Shown piece after piece: positions 32,827-40,914 of a DNA stretch of 64,000 nt (positions are counted from its first letter, which is position 1; each line of letters opens with the position of its first letter). Below the pieces are notes generated by a model that saw only the letters and a list, made by a program, of their open reading frames with translations, made no database searches and was not told the origin of the DNA. A program made the position numbers and the translations under genes. Source of the stretch: Treponemataceae bacterium (lineage in GTDB: Bacteria > Spirochaetota > Spirochaetia > Treponematales > Rectinemataceae); NCBI GenBank assembly GCA_963667725.2, contig CAXXHO010000005.1, positions 1,120,001 to 1,184,000 of the forward strand. Reading direction: 5' to 3'.

Positions 32827-33675
32827 ATGAAAAATAAACTGGCATCTCCTTCGCCTTATAAAAACATCGAATTCATCCTCGGCTCTCTGCTGGCTGGAGG
32901 AATCTGCCTCCTCGTCCTTTTTTCTTTTCTGTTATTCCCGGATGGGGGCGAGTCGATAGACCTCGTCAACCGGCTGCAGCCGCCGTTTAAAAGCGCTACC
33001 CATATCTTGGGCACCGACCCTCTCGGGCGCGATGTTCTGGCGCGCATGATCGTCGGAGGGCGCATCTCCCTTCTGGTGGGGTCATTCTCCGTGCTGGGCG
33101 CCGTCATCGTGGGCGTGGTGCTCGGATTGGTAGCCGGCTATTACCGCGGGTTCTGGGACACCTTGACGATGCGTTTGGCCGATATCCAGCTCGCTTTGCC
33201 TTTTATCCTTCTGGCCATCACCTTCACGGCTATCATCGGCGGAGGGTTGCGGAACACGATAATTCTTTTGATAATAACGCAATGGGTGCAATACGCCCGG
33301 CTTGTTCGAGGCCTTGTGCTTACGCTTAAGGAGCGTGAATTCATACTTTCCGCCCGGGCGATAGGCGTCAAGGACAGATGGATTCTATTTCGGCATCTTC
33401 TGCCCAATCTCGCGGGGCCGATCGTCGTTCTCATGACGCTCAACATCGCCAACAACATCCTTTTGGAAAGCAGCCTGACCTTCCTGGGAATGGGCGTGGA
33501 TGTCATGGTTCCCAGTTGGGGCGGAATGCTCGCCGATGGCCGCACCTACCTCCAGAACGCGTGGTGGGTCAGCGTGTTTCCCGGTTTGACCCTCCTCCTT
33601 CTCGTTTTAGGGCTCAACCTTTTCGGCGATTGGCTGAGGGATCGACTGGATCCCACAGGCAGGACGGCAAAATGA
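32827..33675 (+). CDS. Peptide ABC permease (DppC-like)
   Basis: LGTDPLGRD, REFILSARAIG, HLLPN, PSWGGML, GDWLRD. Confidence 0.93.
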   Translation: MKNKLASPSPYKNIEFILGSLLAGGICLLVLFSFLLFPDGGESIDLVNRLQPPFKSATHILGTDPLGRDVLARMIVGGRISLLVGSFSVLGAVIVGVVLGLVAGYYRGFWDTLTMRLADIQLALPFILLAITFTAIIGGGLRNTIILLIITQWVQYARLVRGLVLTLKEREFILSARAIGVKDRWILFRHLLPNLAGPIVVLMTLNIANNILLESSLTFLGMGVDVMVPSWGGMLADGRTYLQNAWWVSVFPGLTLLLLVLGLNLFGDWLRDRLDPTGRTAK

Positions 33676-35444
33676 CGATACTTCAGGACAAAACCTTTCC
33701 CCGCACGCTCGATGAAATTGTCGCCCGATACAGCGCCGCTCCAGCCGACACCCGGCTCGAATTCTGGACCTTCGACGACGAGGCCCATCGCCGCGAGGCG
33801 GAGCGGGCGCTCGCCTCACGCCATGTGCGTGCCCGGATTCGAAGCGCCTACAAGCCTCTCGTGCACTACTTCCTCGAGGACGTGGACCGTTCTGGTCTCG
33901 CCAGCGTCGAGGTCACCTATCCAGCACATCCAGGCTACCCTCCCGACCGCTTCCTTCTGGAAGCGTACCCGCTCTCGGCGCTCTGGACCGATGTCGCCGT
34001 GAGTTTTAAGGCGGGCGACTCAAGCGTCGATGGCGATGGCGAGGACGGCATGGATCCCTTCACCTATATCGCGAAGCTAGCCTACGGCGACGGACGCGTC
34101 GAAACCCATCGGATATTCGTTCCCAACCGCTCCTATGTGGACCATATCGGCGAGACCTGCGTGACCTCCGCAGGCTGGGCGCGTCTGAGCTCCCCTGAGG
34201 GGACTAAAGAAGAGGAACATCTTCAGACGGAATACGAAGCGATCTACGCCGAGGCGCTGAAAGCGGTGGCCGACCATGAGTGGGGCGACGTCGAGCCGTT
34301 CTTCGACTCCCTTTCGCTCCGGGTTACTCTGCCCGTTGAAGACATTTCCCTGCCTTTCGGCGAGGAAGCCTTGAGTCTGAGGGAAGCCCTGCATGAGGAA
34401 TTGTATTTTTCCATCCTCGAACTGTTCCAGAAAAAAACCGGACGACCTGTCAGCGACCGCAGGATAAAGCCGGGACAGGTGGTTCCCGAGATTCTGTATG
34501 GCGAAGTCCCCGCGCTAAGGATTGAGCTGAACCCACTCTCCGCCGAGGATATGAGCGGGAATCTCCAGGACCTGGAGACCGCGGAGCATCCGATTACCGC
34601 CGCCCAAGTGGCTTCGGAGCTTGCCCTTATCGAAGGCTTGCCTTTCCAGACTAAGTCTTATTCAGGCAGAGCGATCGCGGGAAAGTATCACAAGGGCAGC
34701 GACGCGGCGGTGATGATAAGCGGCGGCCAGCACGCGAATGAAACATCCGGCGTAATCGGGGCGCTTCTCGCCGCCCGCGAACTCGCCCGACGGCCTGGCG
34801 CGCACTTCGAGGTTTCGCCCCTGGAAAACCCCGACGGCTACGCCCTCCACAGACTTTTCTGCGTTGAAAATCCGAAGCACATGCATCATGCCGCCAGGTA
34901 TACGGCCTTGGGCAACGATCTGGAGTACCAGGAAGAAGGCAGTCCCTATGAGAAGGCCATGCGCGTGGAAGCCCAACGCCTGACCGATGCCAGACTTCAC
35001 ATAAACCTCCATGGATACCCCTCCCACGAGTGGACGCGTCCCCTGTCCGGCTATATCCCCCGGGGTTTTCCCGCCTGGATGCTGCCGCACGGGTATTTTA
35101 TGGTGCTGCGCCACCACGCTGCCTGGGCCGCGCCGGCGCGGGAATTCCTGGAACTCCTGACATCGCGTCTGGCGAAGGTGCCTGGTTTGCTCGAGTTTAC
35201 GGAAAAGCAGCTCGCTGTGTATTCGCAATACGTGAAAAAGCCGCCGTTCCAGATCATCAACGGTTTCCCTTGTGATCTTTCCGTAAATGAGACTTCGTCT
35301 ATACCGCTGCGGCTTATCACCGAGTACCCCGACGAGACTATCCACGGTGACGCTTTCATCGCCGGCCACAGAGCGCAGAAAGAAGCTACCCTGGCCGCCT
35401 ATGAAATCTTCCAGGCCATGAACGCCAGAGGGATAACGATATGA
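33672..35444 (+). CDS. M14 zinc carboxypeptidase-family protein with a long N-terminal extension
   Basis: GGQHANE (HxxE), NPDG, NLHGY, ITEYPDE; ATG 33672 overlaps the dppC-like stop. Confidence 0.8.
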   Translation: MTILQDKTFPRTLDEIVARYSAAPADTRLEFWTFDDEAHRREAERALASRHVRARIRSAYKPLVHYFLEDVDRSGLASVEVTYPAHPGYPPDRFLLEAYPLSALWTDVAVSFKAGDSSVDGDGEDGMDPFTYIAKLAYGDGRVETHRIFVPNRSYVDHIGETCVTSAGWARLSSPEGTKEEEHLQTEYEAIYAEALKAVADHEWGDVEPFFDSLSLRVTLPVEDISLPFGEEALSLREALHEELYFSILELFQKKTGRPVSDRRIKPGQVVPEILYGEVPALRIELNPLSAEDMSGNLQDLETAEHPITAAQVASELALIEGLPFQTKSYSGRAIAGKYHKGSDAAVMISGGQHANETSGVIGALLAARELARRPGAHFEVSPLENPDGYALHRLFCVENPKHMHHAARYTALGNDLEYQEEGSPYEKAMRVEAQRLTDARLHINLHGYPSHEWTRPLSGYIPRGFPAWMLPHGYFMVLRHHAAWAAPAREFLELLTSRLAKVPGLLEFTEKQLAVYSQYVKKPPFQIINGFPCDLSVNETSSIPLRLITEYPDETIHGDAFIAGHRAQKEATLAAYEIFQAMNARGITI

Positions 35445-37297
35445 ACATCAAAGCGCCCGCGCCGGCCGCGCTGCTCACCGTCGAGGATCTGACGGTGGCC
35501 TTCGGTTCCACGCCGGTCGTGGAGAACCTGAACTTTTCCGTTTTCCCAGGGAGGACCCTCGGCGTCATAGGCGAATCCGGGTCAGGGAAATCCATGACAG
35601 CCTTGTCCATCATGCGGCTCGCCGACTTGATGGGCGCCCATTTCCCTTCGGGCCATATCCATTTCGAAGGCCAGGATGGCTCGACTGACCTCCTCTCCGC
35701 TTCGCAAAAAACGATGCGCGGGATACGCGGCAAAGAAATCTCGATGATTTTCCAGGAACCGATGACCAGCCTCGATCCCATTTTCACGGTGGGCGACCAG
35801 ATCGCCGAAGCCTTGATCCTGCACAAAGGGATGGACATGAAATCAGCCCTGGCGGAAGCCAGGCGCCTCCTGGACATGGTGCGCCTGCCCGACGCGGGCG
35901 CCATGATCCGGCGCTTTCCCCACCAGCTTTCTGGCGGCATGCGCCAGCGCGTGATGATATCCATGGCCCTTGCCTGCGGACCCAAGCTCTTGATAGCGGA
36001 CGAGCCTACCACTGCCCTGGATGTAACAATCCAGGCGCAGATCCTCGCCATCATGAGGGAGCTACAGCGCGAGCTTGGGATGGCGGTCATCTTCATCACT
36101 CACGACATGGGCGTAGTCGCCGAAATGGCGGACGATGTCGTTGTCATGAGGAAGGGCAAGAAAGTCGAGGAAGGGGCGGTGGGCGATATTTTCAGGAAGC
36201 CCGCCCATCCCTACACGCGCACGCTTTTGGCGGCTGTCCCCCGATTGGGCAGCATGACGGGAGAGATCCTTCCCAAAGTTTTCCCCATTCCGATGCTAGA
36301 GGGAGAGGACAGGCTCACTACGACAGCCAGCGCCTTCGACCAGCCGGACGCCGAACCCCACGATACCGCCCGCTTCGACCAGCCTCCGGTATTGTCGGTG
36401 AAGGATTTGGTGGTCCGTTTCGACGTAAAGAAGGATATCCTGGGCCGGGCCACGCACCGGGTTCACGCCGCCGAGAAAGTCAGCTTCGACATCTTCCCGG
36501 GGGAAACCCTGGCATTGGTGGGCGAAAGCGGCTCCGGAAAATCGACGATAGGCCGCGCCATCCAGCAATTGCAAGCGATCAACTCCGGCGACATTCGATT
36601 CAACGGGCGCGCCTTGGCTTCCATGGGAGTCGAAGGCCGGAGAAAGCTGCAGCAGGAGATCCAGTACATTTTCCAGGACCCCTTCGCTTCTCTGGACCCG
36701 AGGCAGACAGTGGGTTTCTCCATTTCCGAACCGCTGCGGGTGCACCATCTTCTGAAGGATGAAAAGAAAATACAGGAGAAGGTCGTGGCCCTTCTGGAAG
36801 ATGTCGGCCTCCGCGCGGACTACGCCAAACGCTACCCCCATGAATTCTCAGGCGGCCAGAGGCAGCGCGTCTGCATAGCCCGCGCTCTCGCTTCCGGGCC
36901 GCAGCTCATCATCGCGGATGAAGCCCTCTCTTCGATGGATGTCTCCATCCAAGCCCAGATAATCAACCTCTTCATGAAACTGCAGAAGCGGCATGGCCTG
37001 GCGTACTTGTTCATAAGCCACGACATGGCGGTCGTGGAGCGCATGAGCCACAGGGTGGCTGTCCTCTATCTGGGCCAAATCGTCGAAATCGGCAGCCGGG
37101 CCCAAGTCTTCGGGAATCCTCAGCATCCCTATACCCGCAAACTGATGGAAGCCGTGCCGGTCACGGATCCGAGCCAGCGTCGCAGCCGCCCCATCTCCAA
37201 TGAGGAAATTCCCTCCCCAATACGACGGAGGAATGATATGCCCGCGATCGTGCGTCTGCGCGAAGTGGCCGCGGGACACTTCGTGGCGGAAGCATAG
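35441..37297 (+). CDS. Peptide ABC ATPase with two fused nucleotide-binding domains (GsiA-like)
   Basis: Two GESGSGKS Walker A motifs; LSGGMRQR and FSGGQRQR; two HPYT motifs. Confidence 0.93.
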   Translation: MNIKAPAPAALLTVEDLTVAFGSTPVVENLNFSVFPGRTLGVIGESGSGKSMTALSIMRLADLMGAHFPSGHIHFEGQDGSTDLLSASQKTMRGIRGKEISMIFQEPMTSLDPIFTVGDQIAEALILHKGMDMKSALAEARRLLDMVRLPDAGAMIRRFPHQLSGGMRQRVMISMALACGPKLLIADEPTTALDVTIQAQILAIMRELQRELGMAVIFITHDMGVVAEMADDVVVMRKGKKVEEGAVGDIFRKPAHPYTRTLLAAVPRLGSMTGEILPKVFPIPMLEGEDRLTTTASAFDQPDAEPHDTARFDQPPVLSVKDLVVRFDVKKDILGRATHRVHAAEKVSFDIFPGETLALVGESGSGKSTIGRAIQQLQAINSGDIRFNGRALASMGVEGRRKLQQEIQYIFQDPFASLDPRQTVGFSISEPLRVHHLLKDEKKIQEKVVALLEDVGLRADYAKRYPHEFSGGQRQRVCIARALASGPQLIIADEALSSMDVSIQAQIINLFMKLQKRHGLAYLFISHDMAVVERMSHRVAVLYLGQIVEIGSRAQVFGNPQHPYTRKLMEAVPVTDPSQRRSRPISNEEIPSPIRRRNDMPAIVRLREVAAGHFVAEA

Positions 37298-37306
37298 GAG
37301 CGATCC

Positions 37307-38077
37307 ATGACAATTGACCTGAATGCCGATGTCGGCGAAAGTTTTGGCGCTTATTCCATGGGGAACGACGCGGCGCTTCTCGAGCTCGTGAGTTCTGCGA
37401 ATATAGCCTGCGGCGCCCACGCGGGAGATCCAACCGTCATGCAGAGAACCATAGCCAACGCCATCGCGGGCGGAGCGAGCCTCGGGGCTCATCCTGGCTA
37501 CCCGGATATCCAGGGATTTGGGCGCCGATCCATGGCCATATCCGAGTCGGAGGCATACGGCTGGGTGCTCTATCAGATAGGCGCGCTTCAAGCCTTCGCG
37601 AGGGCGGCCGGTTCCGCGCTGCGGCACGTCAAGCCGCATGGCGCGCTCTACAACGACGCAGCCAAAAACCCGGCGCTCGCCCGAGGGATCGCCCGCGCCG
37701 TGCGAGCCGCCGGAGGCGACCTTTGCCTAGTCGGCCTGCCCGACTGCGAAATGGAACGCGCCGCGAAAGCGGTCGGCATAGCCTACGCGAGGGAATTTTT
37801 CGCCGACCGGGCATACGAGGACGACGGTTCCCTGGTACCCCGATCGCGCGAGGGAGCGGTGCTCCACGACGAGGAGCTCTGCGTCCGCAGGGTGCTTCGG
37901 CTCATCGCGGAAGGAAAGGTCGAAACCATGAGCGGAAAAATAATCCCCATCAGCGCCGAGACTATCTGCCTGCATGGAGACAACGAGAAAGCGGTGGTTT
38001 TCGCCAGGCTTCTGGCGCAAGCACTGAAAGACAAGGGCGTCGAGATTCGCCCCTTCGTGCCGGCGGTCCCTGGCTGA
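37307..38077 (+). CDS. pxpA: 5-oxoprolinase subunit A (LamB/YcsF)
   Basis: IDLNADVGESFG, SANIACGAHAGD, GAHPGYPD..GFGRR, HVKPHGALYN, CLHGD. Confidence 0.95.
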   Translation: MTIDLNADVGESFGAYSMGNDAALLELVSSANIACGAHAGDPTVMQRTIANAIAGGASLGAHPGYPDIQGFGRRSMAISESEAYGWVLYQIGALQAFARAAGSALRHVKPHGALYNDAAKNPALARGIARAVRAAGGDLCLVGLPDCEMERAAKAVGIAYAREFFADRAYEDDGSLVPRSREGAVLHDEELCVRRVLRLIAEGKVETMSGKIIPISAETICLHGDNEKAVVFARLLAQALKDKGVEIRPFVPAVPG

Positions 38078-38824
38078 ATGGCTATGGATCCCGACTACGC
38101 CGTCTATCCTTTCGGCGATGCCGCTCTCATCGTCGAGACCGCCGATGAGATATCGGAATCGGCGTACAGGCGGATTCGGGGCCTGGCCGAAGCGGTCGCG
38201 AAAAGCCCCCCGGCGGCGCTGATCGAACTCATCCCCTCCTACCGCTCCCTCCTCGTGACCTACGATTCGCTTCTGGCCGACTACGCATCGATGGAAGGCG
38301 CGATCCTGAGCCTCATTTCGCGGGTCGGGGCCTTTGAGGAGCCCGCTCACGAGACGATACGTATTCCGGTCTGCTATGAAAGCCCCCACTGTCTGGATCT
38401 GGACGAGGTGGCGCGCCATGCCGGGCTGAAGCCCGAAGAAGTGGTGACGCTTCATTCCGCGAACGCCTACCTGGTCTATATGCTGGGTTTTACGCCAGGA
38501 TTTCCCTATCTGGGAGGAATGTCGGAAAGGATAGCGACTCCACGCCGCCTCAGCCCCCGCACGAAGATTCCCGCGGGATCCGTGGGGATCGCGGACAGGC
38601 AGACGGGCATTTACCCTATGGAAAGCCCCGGCGGCTGGAATATCATCGGTAGAACCCCGCTTTCCCTCTTCGATCATACTCGCGAGCCGCCGGCCCTGCT
38701 AAAAGCGGGACAATACATCCAGTTCTATCCGATACATTCGGATGAGTTCGACCGGATCGCCTCCGATGTCGGTCGCGGAGCTTGGTCGCCTGAAATCGAA
38801 ACGACCCCGCGGGGCGAAGTATGA
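38078..38824 (+). CDS. pxpB: 5-oxoprolinase subunit B (KipI/AHS1)
   Basis: GDAAL, PSYRSL, IPVCY, LGFTPGFPYL, PAGSVGI, SPGGWNIIG. Confidence 0.93.
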   Translation: MAMDPDYAVYPFGDAALIVETADEISESAYRRIRGLAEAVAKSPPAALIELIPSYRSLLVTYDSLLADYASMEGAILSLISRVGAFEEPAHETIRIPVCYESPHCLDLDEVARHAGLKPEEVVTLHSANAYLVYMLGFTPGFPYLGGMSERIATPRRLSPRTKIPAGSVGIADRQTGIYPMESPGGWNIIGRTPLSLFDHTREPPALLKAGQYIQFYPIHSDEFDRIASDVGRGAWSPEIETTPRGEV

Positions 38825-39858
38825 CTGAAATCCTGGTGAAGTCTCCCGGCATACAGACAACCGTGCAGGACCTGGGGCGCTTCGGCTACCAATCCCTGGG
38901 CGTGCCTCCCTCCGGCGCGATGGATAGGGACGCGCTGGAAACGGCGAATCTCCTCGTCGGAAACCCAAGGGAGGAAGCCTGCCTGGAATGCGTCCTGGGC
39001 GGCGTGGAACTGGAATGCGGCGATTCCCTCGTCTTCGCCGTCTGCGGTGCGCCGATGGAACTGCGGATAAATGGAAAGCCGGCGCCCGGCTACGAGACGC
39101 TTCGCGCGAAGACCGGCGACGTAATCTCGCTCGGCATGGCCGAGCGCGGCCTCTGCGCTTACATCGCCTTCGCCGGAGGGCTCGCCATAGAGCCGGTGCT
39201 CAAGAGCCTTTCGACCTACTCGCGCGCCGGCTTTGGCGGCTGGTGCGGGCGGCTTCTTCGCGCGGGCGACAGAATTCCTTTGAGGGAAGGCTCTACGGTG
39301 CCATGCGACGCGGCGGCGCTCATCCGCTTCGTGCCCGAGGAACTGCGGCCGCGGTATTCCGCGGAGATTACCTTACGGGCCATTCGCTCGCACGAAGCCG
39401 CGAGGTTCGAGCCGGAATCCGTACATTGCTTTTTTTCGGAACCTTTTAATGTCTCGCCCAAGAGCGACAGGATGGGCTGCCGCCTGGAAGGGGCACGCCT
39501 CGCGCACAGCCGTGGTGCCGATATCCTTTCCGCGGGCGTCCAGACCGGAACGGTTCAGGTGCCCGGCGACGGTTTTCCAATCATCCTTCGCGTGGATCGC
39601 CAGACGACGGGCGGCTACGCGCGCATAGCGCATGTCATACAGGCAGACCTCGCGAAGCTGGGGCAGCTCCGCCCCGGTGACACCATACGGTTCGCGGAAA
39701 TGACAGTGGAAGCGGCGCAGGAGGCGTGGAAAAAACGGGAAGCGGCCATCGTCGGGTCGATTCGGGAAAAGACCTACCAGGCTCCCGTTGAAGGAACACG
39801 CCATTTCAATGTCATCGTCGACGGTATCGCGTACGACGTAATGTTGCGGGAAATTTAG
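38821..39858 (+). CDS. pxpC: 5-oxoprolinase subunit C (KipA/AHS2)
   Basis: TTVQDLGR.G, SGAMD, ANLLVGN, SDRMG, GTVQVP, QTTGGY. Confidence 0.93.
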   Translation: MTEILVKSPGIQTTVQDLGRFGYQSLGVPPSGAMDRDALETANLLVGNPREEACLECVLGGVELECGDSLVFAVCGAPMELRINGKPAPGYETLRAKTGDVISLGMAERGLCAYIAFAGGLAIEPVLKSLSTYSRAGFGGWCGRLLRAGDRIPLREGSTVPCDAAALIRFVPEELRPRYSAEITLRAIRSHEAARFEPESVHCFFSEPFNVSPKSDRMGCRLEGARLAHSRGADILSAGVQTGTVQVPGDGFPIILRVDRQTTGGYARIAHVIQADLAKLGQLRPGDTIRFAEMTVEAAQEAWKKREAAIVGSIREKTYQAPVEGTRHFNVIVDGIAYDVMLREI

Positions 39859-39893
39859 GCATTGAAAGCGCTGGATGATCGATTCGATATCGC

Positions 39894-40077
39894 CTATTGA
39901 GGCACCTGCTTCAGCAACTCGATGATCAGCTTCCCGTTCGGGGTTTTCCACTTTGTCCATGAACCTATTGATAAGGGCAAGCGTGATCTGCTCGACCTGG
40001 CTCTTGGGGTCAAGCACCTTGCCCACGAGGATGTCCCGCGCGCTGTCGATTCGTCGTTTTGTGTCGGTATCCAGCAA
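39894..40077 (-). pseudogene. Remnant: first ~41 codons of a type I methyltransferase (HsdM-like) joined to a foreign C-terminal fragment
   Basis: MLDTDTKRRIDSARDILVGKVLDPKSQVEQITLAL..FMD resembles HsdM N-termini as I recall them; it sits right after hsdR and KilA-N; no NPPF or FGG motifs follow and the frame runs into antisense pxpC. Confidence 0.7.
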
Positions 40078-40080
40078 TTG

Positions 40081-40905
40081 CTATTCCTTTAGTTGTTTCA
40101 GCGCAGGTGCTGCGATGAGTATCTTCATCTGACGGATGGCTATCTCGTTGAGACGAGTGATCCGTTCACTCTGGGGCAACCCCATTCGGATGAACTCGGC
40201 GTTCATGCCTTCAATATTGGCGAGGACGAGAAGCTGTTCAATAGACGCATAGTCCCGTATATTACCATCTTTGTCGAGATTTTTCTCGCGCCACTCTTTT
40301 GCTGTCTGCCCGAAAAGGGCGACGTTGAGTACATCAGCCTCGCTGGCGTACGTGATCGCGGCTCGCTCGGGAGATATCAAAGCCGGTATTAAAAGCTCCC
40401 TGATCGCGTCTGTGTGAATATGGTAATTCAATTTTGATAGAGTGCGGTTGAGATTCCACGAAAGAGATAAACGGCGGTTCTCATCCTCTTTCAAGCGTTG
40501 GAATTCCTTGATGAGGTAGAGCCTGAACTCCACCGATATCCATGACGCAAATTCGAACGCTATGTCTTTATGGGCATAGGTTCCACCATAGCGGCCGGTA
40601 TTGGATACAATACCAATCGCTCCAGTTCTTTCTATCCACTGTTTTGGATTGATAGTGAAGCTGTTTAGCCCGGCGACAATTTTAATTCCGTCGAATTCGA
40701 CGGAATTAAAACTGGGGTTATTGAGGCGCTCCCATATACCGAGGAACTCGATTGTATTTCGATTCCTGAGCCAGTTGCGAACGAGATCATCTGAACGTTC
40801 AGGATTCTTTGCTCGGCCTATATCTGTCAGGCTGATAAAATCATCGTTTTTCTGAGAAAACACGGCGATCGCCAAGCCTTGAACTTCCATAGTTGTCCTT
40901 TTCAT
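40081..40905 (-). CDS. KilA-N domain DNA-binding protein
   Basis: FISLTDI, NWLRNRNTIEFLGIWE, GRYGGTYAHKDIAFEFASWIS; AGGAGG RBS; lower GC than the flanks. Confidence 0.88.
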   Translation of the reverse strand: MKRTTMEVQGLAIAVFSQKNDDFISLTDIGRAKNPERSDDLVRNWLRNRNTIEFLGIWERLNNPSFNSVEFDGIKIVAGLNSFTINPKQWIERTGAIGIVSNTGRYGGTYAHKDIAFEFASWISVEFRLYLIKEFQRLKEDENRRLSLSWNLNRTLSKLNYHIHTDAIRELLIPALISPERAAITYASEADVLNVALFGQTAKEWREKNLDKDGNIRDYASIEQLLVLANIEGMNAEFIRMGLPQSERITRLNEIAIRQMKILIAAPALKQLKE

Positions 40906-40914
40906 ATGTTCCTC

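Noticed and set aside
39373..40077. 234-aa ORF as an intact gene
   Set aside because: Only the first ~41 codons look like HsdM; the remainder is mostly antisense to pxpC
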